A stretch of 32,000 bases of DNA from Candidatus Methylomirabilis oxygeniifera (GTDB lineage Bacteria; Methylomirabilota; Methylomirabilia; Methylomirabilales; Methylomirabilaceae), in the NCBI GenBank assembly GCA_000091165.1, contig FP565575.1:30001-62000 (forward strand), read 5' to 3'. Shown here piece by piece: positions 9,044 to 18,206 of this stretch. The notes under the pieces were generated by a model, which had not been told where the DNA came from, did not search any database, and was given only the letters and a program-made list of their open reading frames with translations. The translations under genes were made by a program, and so were the position numbers. Position 1 is the first letter of the stretch. Each line of letters begins with the position of its first letter.

Positions 9044-10162
9044 TCATCTGTCGTAGAACGCTTGGAAGGCATCCACGACATATTCGAGCATCGGCGGGGT
9101 CAGTTCCGGATAGATCGGCAGGGCCAGCGTCTCTCTGGCGGCCCGCTCGGATTCCGGCATATCCCCCTTCTTATACCCGAGATACTCAAAGCAGGTCTGC
9201 AAGTGGAGCGGCACAGGATAGTAGATGTCGTGGCCGATTTCCCGAGCCTCCAGGAAATGACTCAGCTCATCTCGTCTTGGGGCCCTGATCACATACTGAT
9301 TAAAGACGTGCCGTTCATTCCTGGGGATGTCCGGAAGCCGGATTTGGCAGTCCAGGCCTCTGGCGCGGAAGAGCGCGTCGTACCGCTCGGCATTGGCAAT
9401 CCGCTGCTCCGTCCACTGGTCGAGGCGCTTCAACTTGACAGCCAGGATAGCCGCCTGTAGTTCGTCAAGGCGGAAGTTGCCGCCGAGAAGAGAGTGGAGG
9501 TATTTGGTTGACGACCCGTGGTTCCGCAGAGCCGAGAGGGTCGAGGCCAGGGAAGGGTCGTTCGTAATGACCATCCCACCGTCACCGAAACCCCCCAGAT
9601 TTTTTGTGGGGTAAAACGAGAAGCAACCTAAGAGCCCAATGCAACCGGCCCTTTTGCCGAATGCGTCCTCTGCCCCGATGGCTTGAGCCGCGTCTTCTAT
9701 TACAGCGAGTTTGTGTTGAACAGCCAATGCGCGGATCGGTTCCATCTCAGTGCAGCGCCCGAACAGATGGACCGGGAGGATTGCGCGGGTTCGATCCGTG
9801 ATCCGTTCGGCAATCAGCTTTGCATCGATCGTGAAACGGGCCGGATCGATATCGACGAAAACCGGCTTCGCCCCAACCCTGACGATCGATCCTGCCGTCG
9901 CGATAAAGGTGTACGGGGTGGTGATGACCTCGTCTCCGGCACCGATGCCCAAGGCCATGAGAGCCAACAGGATGGCATCGGTGCCGGAGGAGACGCCCAC
10001 CGCGTAGCGGGCGCCGCAATACCGCGCGACGTCATCCTCAAGTCGGCGAACCCGCGGACCCAGGATGAACTGCTGATCGTCGCACACCTCCTCTATCGCG
10101 CGTCTGACCTCGCCCTTGATGGCGGCGTACTGGCCTCTAAGATCGAAAAAGGAAACTCGCAT
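9044..10162 (-). CDS. DegT/DnrJ/EryC1/StrS family aminotransferase (PLP-dependent, sugar aminotransferase type)
   Basis: 372 aa with GVSSGTDAILLALMALGIGAGDEVITTPYTF, VIEDAAQAIGA, GCFSFYPTKNLGGFGDGG and GGNFRLDELQAAIL. Confidence 0.95.
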   Translation of the reverse strand: MRVSFFDLRGQYAAIKGEVRRAIEEVCDDQQFILGPRVRRLEDDVARYCGARYAVGVSSGTDAILLALMALGIGAGDEVITTPYTFIATAGSIVRVGAKPVFVDIDPARFTIDAKLIAERITDRTRAILPVHLFGRCTEMEPIRALAVQHKLAVIEDAAQAIGAEDAFGKRAGCIGLLGCFSFYPTKNLGGFGDGGMVITNDPSLASTLSALRNHGSSTKYLHSLLGGNFRLDELQAAILAVKLKRLDQWTEQRIANAERYDALFRARGLDCQIRLPDIPRNERHVFNQYVIRAPRRDELSHFLEAREIGHDIYYPVPLHLQTCFEYLGYKKGDMPESERAARETLALPIYPELTPPMLEYVVDAFQAFYDR

Positions 10163-10348
10163 CTATTCGCACCCGTATGTAGAGATCGCCTGCGTCGCTC
10201 GCCTACTGTCTGACACTTCCAAAATTTTACGCACGTCTGAGGGTGAAGTCTACAGCTTTTTCACGATGCTGCTGAGTCAGGCGGATCTTTCGGCCAGAGA
10301 TCAGACGGGGAACCCGCAAAAAATTTGATTCCTACCGCCATTTTTTTC

Positions 10349-10376
10349 TTGCATTTCTGTCAAAACGCGATATAAG
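10349..10376 (+). promoter_or_regulatory. Candidate sigma70-type promoter for speD
   Basis: TTGCAT, 16 nt spacer, TATAAG, about 65 nt upstream of the speD start. Confidence 0.45.
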
Positions 10377-10440
10377 GCATTTGAACAAAGACGTACGGGA
10401 GGTGGGTATCGGATAACAATTTTGCAAGGGGGGTAGATCG

Positions 10441-10875
10441 TTGCAAGCACTCGGGAAACACCTGTTAGTGGAACTACACGGTTGTAACCCGGAGCTGCTG
10501 AAAAAAGCCGAAGTAGTCAGGGACATCCTGGTGTGCGCGGCTAACGCATGTAAAGCCACCATTGTTGACACCTCCTTCCACGAGTTCAATCCATTCGGTG
10601 TGAGCGGCGTGGTTGTGATTGCCGAATCTCATATCTCGATTCACACCTGGCCGGAATATCGATACGCAGCGGTTGACATCTTCACGTGTGGAGATGTGCT
10701 CAGACCGGAGGTGGCTGTCGACTATATTGCTGCCCGCTTTCGGTGTAAAAAACCGTCGGTGGTTGAGATGCGGCGCGGTATCATTCCCGGACACGTCGGA
10801 AAGCTGGTGCATAAATTGAGCCCATCCATGGAGAAAGCTGTCGATGCCGATCAAGAACTTTCGCTGGTTCATTGA
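10441..10875 (+). CDS. speD: S-adenosylmethionine decarboxylase proenzyme (TTG start)
   Basis: KHLLVELHGCNPELL, SFHEFNPFGVSGVVVIAESHISIHTWPEYRYAAVDIFTCGD, with the self-cleavage serine in ESHISIHTWPE. Confidence 0.96.
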   Translation: MQALGKHLLVELHGCNPELLKKAEVVRDILVCAANACKATIVDTSFHEFNPFGVSGVVVIAESHISIHTWPEYRYAAVDIFTCGDVLRPEVAVDYIAARFRCKKPSVVEMRRGIIPGHVGKLVHKLSPSMEKAVDADQELSLVH

Positions 10876-11761
10876 AGCGCTGAGCCCGGAGGAAGGACAC
10901 CTGCACGGGATTCAGCGAGCCCTGTTCTCCGCCCAGACCCCCTATCAGTCTCTCGACATCATGGAACTGGGCAGCTACGGGAAAGCCCTTGTCCTCGACG
11001 GCAAGATCCAGTCGAGTCTTCTCGATGAGTTCATCTACCACGAGGCGTTAGTCCATCCGGCGATGCTCAGTCATCCCGCCCCTAAAAACGTATTCATCGT
11101 GGGCGGCGGGGAAGGGGCGACGCTGCGGGAGGTGCTTCGGCACCCCACTGTAGAACGGGCTCTGATGGTCGATATCGATGAGGAGGTTGTCAGCCGATGT
11201 AAGGAGTTGCTGCCCGAGTGGCACAAGGGCGCCTTTGATGATCCGCGCACCGAACTCCGCTTCCTGGATGCCAGACGATACCTGGAGGAGACGGACGAGC
11301 GGTTCGACGTGATCATCATCGACATCTCTGAGCCGGTGGAAGAGGGCCCCGCATACCTCCTATTTACACGGGAGTTTTATCATATCGTAGATCGATGTCT
11401 GACGGACCAGGGGATTATCGCATTGCAGGCAGGCTCCGTCAGTCTCTCCCACCTGTCCTGTTTTTCCGCCATACACCAGACCTTACGGACCGTATTCCCC
11501 ATCGTCGCCCCCTATTGGGCGACGATCCCCAGCTTTGCCCTTCCCTGGGGATTCTCCGTAGCCTCCAAACGGCCTGACCCACGGGCGTTGGGACCGAATG
11601 CTATCGATCATCTCATCGCCGAACGGATAGGGACCGACCTACGGTATTACGACGGCCTGACGCATCAGATGTCCTTCCTCCTTCCAAAGCATGTACGCCG
11701 GCGCCTTGAAGAGGAGAAGCGGATCATCGAGGACAACTCCCCCCTCTTTACCTTCCACTAA
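10844..11761 (+). CDS. speE: Polyamine aminopropyltransferase (spermidine synthase)
   Basis: QTPYQSLDIMELGSYGKALVLDGKIQSS, YHEALVHPAML, VFIVGGGEGATLREVLRH. Overlaps the speD end by 32 nt. Confidence 0.95.
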   Translation: MPIKNFRWFIEALSPEEGHLHGIQRALFSAQTPYQSLDIMELGSYGKALVLDGKIQSSLLDEFIYHEALVHPAMLSHPAPKNVFIVGGGEGATLREVLRHPTVERALMVDIDEEVVSRCKELLPEWHKGAFDDPRTELRFLDARRYLEETDERFDVIIIDISEPVEEGPAYLLFTREFYHIVDRCLTDQGIIALQAGSVSLSHLSCFSAIHQTLRTVFPIVAPYWATIPSFALPWGFSVASKRPDPRALGPNAIDHLIAERIGTDLRYYDGLTHQMSFLLPKHVRRRLEEEKRIIEDNSPLFTFH

Positions 11762-11763
11762 AG

Positions 11764-11919
11764 GACAGGGTATAGGGTGCAGGGTATAGGGTTGAGGGGC
11801 AGCACTTTAGAGCTCGACACTGATTCGGAGTGCAATCCTTCTCGCGTACCCGAATACCCTTCACCCGCGTCCCAGGCCTTACTGCCCTATACCCTATACC
11901 CTCACCCCTACGCCCTGTC
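11764..11919. repeat. Paired inverted telomere-like (GGGTRTA) repeat element 1, speE / decarboxylase junction
   Basis: Left arm GACAGGGTATAGGGTGCAGGGTATAGGGTTGAGGGGCAG. Right arm is its imperfect reverse complement, TGCCCTATACCCTATACCCTCACCCCTACGCCCTGTC. Confidence 0.85.
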
Positions 11920-11925
11920 TTTCTA

Positions 11926-13389
11926 ATGATTCCAGAACGACAGTACAGAACTCCCCTCTTCGATGCGATGGTCAACCTCGCGGAGAGTCGCAAGGTTTCT
12001 TTCCACACTCCAGGGCATAAGAGCGGCAAGGGTATCTCGACTCGCTTCCGAAAGTTCGTCGGTCCCAAGATCTTTACGATCGACTTGACAACGCTTGACG
12101 AGGTCGATTGCCTGCAGCGGCCGGTGGGGGTCATCAAGGAGGCCCAGGAACTGGCCGCCGAGGCGTACGGGGCCGACCATTCCTTCTTTCTGATCAACGG
12201 AACCACCGGCGGCAATCATGCGATGATCGTGTCGACCGCCAGCCCTGGAGACGAGATCCTGATCGCGAGGAATGCGCATAAATCGATTCTGACCGGGATC
12301 ATCCTGAGCGGCGCGACACCGCGGTTCTTCCTGCCGGCCTTCGACCGGGAGTTAGGCATGCTGTTAAACGTGACGGTCGAAGAGGTCGGACGCACCATGG
12401 CGCAGTATCCGAAGGCCAAGATCCTGTCCCTGACCAGCCCCAATTACTACGGCGTGACAGCCGACCTGCGCGCGATCGTTTCCATGGCGAAGCGTCGAGG
12501 GATCCTGGTGCTGGTAGATGAGGCCCACGGTCCCCATCTCCATTTTCACCAGGCGCTGCCCACGTCGGCGCTCGATGCCGGAGCCGATCTGTGTGTTCAG
12601 TCCACCCATAAGATCCTGGGAGGGATGACTCAATCCTCCATGCTGCATCTGAAGGGTTCGGATATCGATCACTCCAGAGTTGTAAAGCTGCTGCTGCTCC
12701 TGCAAAGCACCAGCCCTTCGTATATTCTGATGGCGTCGTTGGATCTGGCTAGAATGCAGATGGCGACCGAAGGGGAGAAACTCTTAGGCAAAGCCATCGA
12801 TCTGGCGAGAGACGCGCGAGATCGCATCAATCGGATTCCCGGTCTATCCTGCTTCGGTGAGCCCGATCTGCGCGGTCGTGATTTCTTCCTGGATGTGACG
12901 AAACTCACCATTTGCGTGAAGGAGCTTGGTCGCAGCGGCTTTGAGGTCTCCGCCACCCTGAACGCCGAGTTCGGTATTCAGGTGGAGATGGCCGATCTGT
13001 TCAATATTCTGGTGATCGTCAGTATCGGAGACAGAAGGGACGACCTAGATCGACTGGTCGCGGCACTGGGTATCGTGGCCGGGCGCGGTACCCGGCCTCA
13101 AGACCCGCGAGCCATCCCGTTCCTGCTTCCGCCCCTGGGTCAGCAGTGCCATCTGCCGCCACGGGATGCCTTCTTCGCCCCTTCAGAGTATCTGCCGCTT
13201 GCGAAAGCGGAGGGGCGTATCAGTGCCGATATTATCACCATTTACCCGCCTGGAGTGCCCGTCCTTGTGCCCGGCGAAGAGGTCGGGTCTTCGGCGATCG
13301 ACTACCTGCGCTCACTCGCTTCTTATGGCGCAAGAATTGACGGGGTCCTGGAGTTGGATGAGCCGCAGATTCGCGTTCTGCGCGATTAA
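11926..13389 (+). CDS. Orn/Lys/Arg decarboxylase family (PLP, aspartate aminotransferase fold)
   Basis: RKVSFHTPGHKSGKG, ADHSFFLINGTTGGNHAMI, VDEAHGPHL, STHKILGGMTQSSML. ORF track opens at 11830; ATG at 11926 (MIPERQYRTPLFDAMV) is a better start, just outside the repeat. Confidence 0.92.
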   Translation: MIPERQYRTPLFDAMVNLAESRKVSFHTPGHKSGKGISTRFRKFVGPKIFTIDLTTLDEVDCLQRPVGVIKEAQELAAEAYGADHSFFLINGTTGGNHAMIVSTASPGDEILIARNAHKSILTGIILSGATPRFFLPAFDRELGMLLNVTVEEVGRTMAQYPKAKILSLTSPNYYGVTADLRAIVSMAKRRGILVLVDEAHGPHLHFHQALPTSALDAGADLCVQSTHKILGGMTQSSMLHLKGSDIDHSRVVKLLLLLQSTSPSYILMASLDLARMQMATEGEKLLGKAIDLARDARDRINRIPGLSCFGEPDLRGRDFFLDVTKLTICVKELGRSGFEVSATLNAEFGIQVEMADLFNILVIVSIGDRRDDLDRLVAALGIVAGRGTRPQDPRAIPFLLPPLGQQCHLPPRDAFFAPSEYLPLAKAEGRISADIITIYPPGVPVLVPGEEVGSSAIDYLRSLASYGARIDGVLELDEPQIRVLRD

Positions 13390-13498
13390 GCCCGCCCTCT
13401 TGAACTTTTCCATTGCTTTTTTACATCCTTTTCCGTATATTTTGCCGTCCGATGGTTCCCAGGACGTCGCCTTTCATAGAAGAGACGGGTAAGAGATC

Positions 13499-15093
13499 AT
13501 GAAAAAAACGTAATATGGAAGGTCCTCTCCCTTCTGTTGGTGACGGTGATAGCCGGCTACTATCTGTTTCCCACGCTATCCGGCCGATCGTCACTCCCCT
13601 CGCTATTGCCGCCGTTACTACCGCGCGCTGAGCGACTCAATCTTGGACTCGACCTCCAAGGGGGGATGCACCTAGTTCTGGAGGTGGTTGCCGAGAAGGC
13701 CGTGGAAAATACTATTGATCGATTGATCGCCGAACTGCGTCGGGAAACCGACAAGGCAAATATCCTTGTTGAACAGATGACTCGCGAGGGGATCGACCGG
13801 ATCAGGATCAAGCTTCAGGCGACAGAAGGCCTGGAAGGCGTACGCCGTATCCTCAAAAACTACAGTAACCTGCAAGAGTCCGGCGGCTCCGGCCCGACAG
13901 AGCTGATTCTGAGTCTCGCTTCCGGTGAAATGAAGCGGATGCAGGAATCTGCTGTCCGGCAAAGTCTGGAAACCATCCGAAATCGTATTGATCAGTTCGG
14001 GGTGGCCGAACCTCACATTGTACAGGAAGGAGACCGGCGGATCGTGGTCCAGCTCCCCGGCATTAAGGAGCCGCAGCGGGCCATCAATCTGATCGGCAAG
14101 ACCGCCCTCCTGGAGTTTAAACTGGTGGCAGAAGATGCCAATCTTGCCGAAGCAGTGGCGGGAAGGATCTCGGAGAACGACCAGCTTCTCTATCTACGCA
14201 GTACGGACGAGCAGCAAAAGATGAACAAGGTTCCCATTGTTGTGCAGAAGCGGGCCGTTCTGACCGGTGATCTGCTCACCTCAGCCCAGGTACAGATCGA
14301 CAGCCAAACCAACCAGCCGGTGGTCTCCATAGAGTTTGATCAAGAAGGTACGAGACTTTTCGGCGAGGCGACAGCAGCCAATGTGGGCCGACGTCTGGCC
14401 ATCGTCCTGGATGACACGATCTACTCGGCCCCGGTCATCCGGGAAAAAATTCCGGGCGGCAAAGCCCAGATATCCGGAAGCTTCACCATGGAGGATGCCA
14501 GGGATCTGGCGATCGTGTTACGGGCCGGCGCGCTTCCCGCGCCCGTCAACATCATTTCAAATCTAACGGTTGGCCCGTCGCTTGGTCTGGACTCTATTCA
14601 AAAAGGTGTACAGGCTGCTATTCTGGGCGGCGCTCTCGTTATTGCCTTTATGGCCATCTACTACAAGCTGTCCGGGGTGATCGCCAACCTTGCGCTGGTT
14701 TTGAACCTCATCTGGCTGGTGGGGGCGTTGGCTAGTCTCAGGGCTACGCTGACGTTACCCGGCATTGCCGGCATTATCCTCGGGATCGGGATGGCGGTAG
14801 ACTCGAATGTATTGATCTTGGAACGGATTCGCGAAGAGCTCCGATCGGGAAAGCCGGTCCGGTCGGCTATTGAGGGGGGCTACGATAAAGCATTCCTCAC
14901 GATTATCGACTCCCACGTCACGACGCTGATTACCGCGTGTGCGTTGTTTTTATTCGGGACAGGACCGGTGAAAGGGTTTGCGGTCACACTGAGCCTGGGG
15001 GTGATCTTCAACCTGGTGACGGCCTTGACGGGAACCAGGGTAGTGTACGATTGGATGACCCAACGATGGAACTTAAAAACACTCAGCATCTAA
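13499..15093 (+). CDS. secD: Protein translocase subunit SecD; start region apparently frameshifted in this sequence
   Basis: LNLGLDLQGGMHLVLEV, TGDLLTSAQVQID, ALPAPVNIISNLTVGPSLGLDSIQKG, GMAVDSNVLILERIREEL. Longest intact ORF opens at TTG 13537. Adding one A to the 7-A run restores MKKNVIWKVLSLLLVTVIAGYYLFPTLSG from ATG 13499. Confidence 0.92.
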
Positions 15094-15166
15094 AGGATAG
15101 GGTGGAGGGAAAAGCAAGACCGGTGAGTTCTTAACCCTACACCCTATACGCTACACCCTACACCCT
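15094..15166. repeat. Telomere-like repeat element 2, secD / secF junction
   Basis: Short left arm ATAGGGTGGAGGG (about 15098-15109). Right arm CCCTACACCCTATACGCTACACCCTACACCC (15135..15165). Confidence 0.75.
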
Positions 15167-15176
15167 GAGGTATATC

Positions 15177-16115
15177 GTGATTGAGATTCTCGGCAAAACA
15201 CAGATCGATTTCGTCGCCTGGCGGAGGATTGCGTTTGCGGTGTCGTCCGTCCTGTGCCTCCTCGGAGTTATTTCGATCATTCAGATCGGCCGCGGCGCAG
15301 CGAATCTCGGAATCGACTTTGCCGGCGGCACCTCTGTTCAACTGAAGTTCAACAAGCCGGTAGAGCTTGGCCAGGTTAGAGCGTTGCTGGCGGAGAACGG
15401 TCTGAGGGACAGCGAGCCCCAGCAGTTCGCCGAAGGGGACCGCATCATGGTCCGCTTGAAGCGAGCGGAGGATAGTCGGGTCGGTATGGCCCAGCGGGTG
15501 CAGGACATCTTTGTCAAAGCGTTGCCTGACAATCCATTCGTTGTAGAGGGGACGAATGAGGTTGGGCCGGCCATTGGGAAGGATCTCCAAAAAGCCGCCT
15601 TGTGGGCGATCGCCATTTCCATGCTCGGCATCATCGCCTATATCGCCTGGCGCTTCGAGTTCAAGTTCGGGGTGGCTGCGGCCATCGCCACCCTCCATGA
15701 TGTATTAGCTGTTCTAGGGTTGTTCATGATATTGAATCGGGAGATTACCCTCCTGATCATCACTGCGTTGCTTACTCTTGCCGGCTATTCACTGACCGAC
15801 ACGGTGGTCGTCTTCGACCGGATCAGGGAGAATCTTCGAGACCGACGAAAAGAATCGCTGGGAGAGATCATCAATCAGAGCATCAATGAGGTATTGAGCC
15901 GGACGACCGTGACGTCGCTGACGGTCCTCCTGGTTTTACTGGCCCTCTTTCTGTTGGGCGGAGAGGTACTCCACGATTTCTCTCTCGCGCTGATTGCCGG
16001 TGTCTGTGTCGGCACCTACTCTTCCTGGTTTGTGGCATCTCCCATTGTCTATGAGTGGCGTATACGGGAGCATGCCAGAGTGAAAACTCCCGTCAAGGCC
16101 AAAGCCAAGGGATAA
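15177..16115 (+). CDS. secF: Protein translocase subunit SecF
   Basis: NLGIDFAGGTSVQLKF, LTLAGYSLTDTVVVFDRIRENLRD, INQSINEVLSRTTVTSLTVLLVLLALFLLGGEVL. GTG start at 15177. Confidence 0.96.
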   Translation: MIEILGKTQIDFVAWRRIAFAVSSVLCLLGVISIIQIGRGAANLGIDFAGGTSVQLKFNKPVELGQVRALLAENGLRDSEPQQFAEGDRIMVRLKRAEDSRVGMAQRVQDIFVKALPDNPFVVEGTNEVGPAIGKDLQKAALWAIAISMLGIIAYIAWRFEFKFGVAAAIATLHDVLAVLGLFMILNREITLLIITALLTLAGYSLTDTVVVFDRIRENLRDRRKESLGEIINQSINEVLSRTTVTSLTVLLVLLALFLLGGEVLHDFSLALIAGVCVGTYSSWFVASPIVYEWRIREHARVKTPVKAKAKG

Positions 16116-16162
16116 ACGTCGGGAGCCGACCCCCGTTTGCGGGACTGCCTTTTCTTTTCTCC

Positions 16163-16192
16163 TTGACAACCCATTTCGCCTTAAGGTAATAC
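16163..16192 (+). promoter_or_regulatory. Candidate sigma70-type promoter upstream of the gmhA-like gene
   Basis: TTGACA at 16163, 18-nt spacer, TAATAC at 16187. Confidence 0.5.
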
Positions 16193-16312
16193 CTCTACCG
16201 AAGCCCGGATTGATTGATCCAGTCGTCAGTTTCAAGCGCCAGATTCCGCGTTGTGAGTACCGGGCCTGCGACTGGTGAAAGTGGCAATGAAGATCCGGAG
16301 CGGTTTTTCAGC

Positions 16313-16350
16313 CTGGAATCTGGAGCGCGGAATATGGAACCTGGAACCTC
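16313..16350 (+). repeat. Short degenerate GGAAYCTGGA/GGAATATGGA tandem-like repeat in leader region
   Basis: CTGGAATCTGGAGCGCGGAATATGGAACCTGGAACCTC shortly upstream of the likely start at 16367. Confidence 0.5.
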
Positions 16351-16366
16351 TCATTCGCATCGGGAG

Positions 16367-16930
16367 ATGGCCGAGGCCATATTCCGTGAGAGCGCCGGGC
16401 TTCAGCTCGCCTTTCTGGAAGGCCACCTGGACTTGGTGGCCAGGGCTGCCACAGCCATCGCGGGAGCCCTGCGGGCCGGACGGAAGGTGTTGATCTTCGG
16501 CAATGGTGGGAGCGCGGCTGATGCCCAGCATTTTGCGGGCGAGTTGGTAAACCGATTCCTGCTGGACCGACCGGCGCTGCCCGCCGTCGCGCTGACCACC
16601 GACGGCTCGATTCTTACAAGTATCAGCAACGATCGGGGCTATGCTCAGATCTTTGCCCGTCAGGTTGAAGCGTTGGGTTCAGCCGGCGATGTGGCCATCG
16701 GGATCAGTACGAGCGGCCGGTCCCCCAGTGTCGTGGGTGGGATTGAAACGGCTGGCAAGTTGCAACTCTGCACCGTTGCGTTCACCGGTGGGGATGGGGG
16801 AAAGCTTGCCGGGTTGGCAGACTATGCATTCGTGGTTCCCTCTCGATCAACACCCAGGATTCAGGAGGTCCACGCAACGCTCGGTCATGCTCTCTGTCAA
16901 CTGGTTGAGGCTGAACTGTTCGGCGTGTAG
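16367..16930 (+). CDS. gmhA: SIS-domain phosphoheptose isomerase (GmhA-like)
   Basis: KVLIFGNGGSAADAQHFAGELVNRFLLDRPALPAVALTTDGSILTSISNDRGYAQIFARQVEALG. ATG 16367 chosen over the ORF-track start at 16214. Confidence 0.9.
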   Translation: MAEAIFRESAGLQLAFLEGHLDLVARAATAIAGALRAGRKVLIFGNGGSAADAQHFAGELVNRFLLDRPALPAVALTTDGSILTSISNDRGYAQIFARQVEALGSAGDVAIGISTSGRSPSVVGGIETAGKLQLCTVAFTGGDGGKLAGLADYAFVVPSRSTPRIQEVHATLGHALCQLVEAELFGV

Positions 16931-16944
16931 GTAAGGAGGAGTCC

Positions 16945-18012
16945 GTGAAAAGCGGCAAGACGTGGATCGCTCTCGTTACACTGAGTGCCCTCTTGGCCAC
17001 CGCTATGCCGGCCTTGGCGAGGTCTCCGCGTCCCGCGAGGAGTCGGGAAGATCTCACCCTCCCATCGACATCCCGACTCTCCGTGCAGGACACGCAGGCA
17101 AATCGCGCGCAGATAGATCGCCCGTTAGACGTGCCCGTGTCGACACGACAGACAGCTCGCTGGGGTGTTCCATCTGATCTCAACTGGTTTGTGAACGATC
17201 CTGAGGCGCTAAGCGCATCGTCAGCGCTGTTGATGGATGCCGATACAGGCGCGATACTGTTTGCCAGGCATCATATGGAGCGGCGCTCTCCGGCCAGCAC
17301 GACAAAGATCATGACGGCGCTTCTCATTCTGGAGGAAGGGCAACTCGACGACAAAGTGCTGATCAGTGAGCGGGCGGCCGCCGTGTCGGGAACCGGATTG
17401 GGACTGAGGCGCGGCCAGCGGGTTGTGCTTAGAGACCTGTTGTGGGCGATCCTGCTCAAATCCGCGAATGATGCCGCGTTGGCGGCAGCCGAGCACGTCG
17501 GAGGAAGCGAAGAGCAATTTGTTGCCCGAATGAATGCGAAGGCGGCTTCTCTTGGAATGCAGGGAACGCAGTTCAGCAATCCTCACGGACTGGACCACCA
17601 GGACCACTACTCGACCGCCTTCGACCTGGCGATCCTTGCCCGTCAGGCCCTGCGTAATCCGACATTCGCCCGTATGGTGCAAACCCGTGAAGCTCAAGTC
17701 GCTATCCTGACGGGGCGGAACGGAAGCGTCGTGAAGCGGAGGGTGATCCGAACTCACAATCAGCTTCTCGGACAGTTCTCCGGTGCGGATGGCGTCAAGA
17801 CCGGGTACACCTCGCTGGCAGGTCGCTGCCTTGTGGCGTCAGCGACGCGTGGCGACCATCAACTGATCGCTGTGCTCCTCAACGACTCTCGGCGGTGGGT
17901 TGAGGCCGCAGCGCTGCTGGAATACGGTTTCGCCGCTCTTGGCGGGCGGGTGTCCAGCGTTGGGGTTTCCAATGGGGGCTCCGTCGATATGCTAAAAGGC
18001 GAGGGGGGCTGA
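16945..18012 (+). CDS. D-alanyl-D-alanine carboxypeptidase (peptidase S11)
   Basis: SXXK motif ASTTKIMTALL, SXN-like LLKSANDAALAAAEHVGG, KTG motif DGVKTGYTSLAG, N-terminal signal peptide. Confidence 0.93.
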   Translation: MKSGKTWIALVTLSALLATAMPALARSPRPARSREDLTLPSTSRLSVQDTQANRAQIDRPLDVPVSTRQTARWGVPSDLNWFVNDPEALSASSALLMDADTGAILFARHHMERRSPASTTKIMTALLILEEGQLDDKVLISERAAAVSGTGLGLRRGQRVVLRDLLWAILLKSANDAALAAAEHVGGSEEQFVARMNAKAASLGMQGTQFSNPHGLDHQDHYSTAFDLAILARQALRNPTFARMVQTREAQVAILTGRNGSVVKRRVIRTHNQLLGQFSGADGVKTGYTSLAGRCLVASATRGDHQLIAVLLNDSRRWVEAAALLEYGFAALGGRVSSVGVSNGGSVDMLKGEGG

Positions 18013-18052
18013 TACCGCCTTCTCGTTGTTTGTCTGCAACTCCTCTGATCTC

Positions 18053-18177
18053 AGGGTTTAGGGTATAGGGTGTAGGGTATAGGACAAAGCAACCCTAAAT
18101 ATCACTACTTCCTCAACCCTGGATCCTTAGCCCTCCATCGTGATCCCTACACCCTATACCCTACACCCGACACCCTG
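18053..18177. repeat. Paired inverted telomere-like repeat element 3, carboxypeptidase / dprA junction
   Basis: Left AGGGTTTAGGGTATAGGGTGTAGGGTATAGG; right CCCTACACCCTATACCCTACACCCGACACCCTG. Perfect 19-nt inverted repeat at 18059..18077 / 18145..18163. Confidence 0.92.
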
Positions 18178-18206
18178 CGCCGATACGCTGAGGGGGGCAT
18201 TTGATA

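Noticed and set aside
9683-10213. 176-aa plus-strand ORF
   Set aside because: Antisense to the DegT-family aminotransferase, which has clear motifs.
10410-10422. CGGATAACAATTT resembling part of the E. coli lac operator
   Set aside because: Only a partial match upstream of speD with no dyad partner; likely coincidence.
10474-10872. 132-aa minus-strand ORF
   Set aside because: Antisense to speD, whose proenzyme motifs are unambiguous.
11764-11919. Telomere-like arrays considered as a CRISPR array
   Set aside because: Unit is 7 nt with no unique spacers, and the arms are inverted rather than direct repeats.
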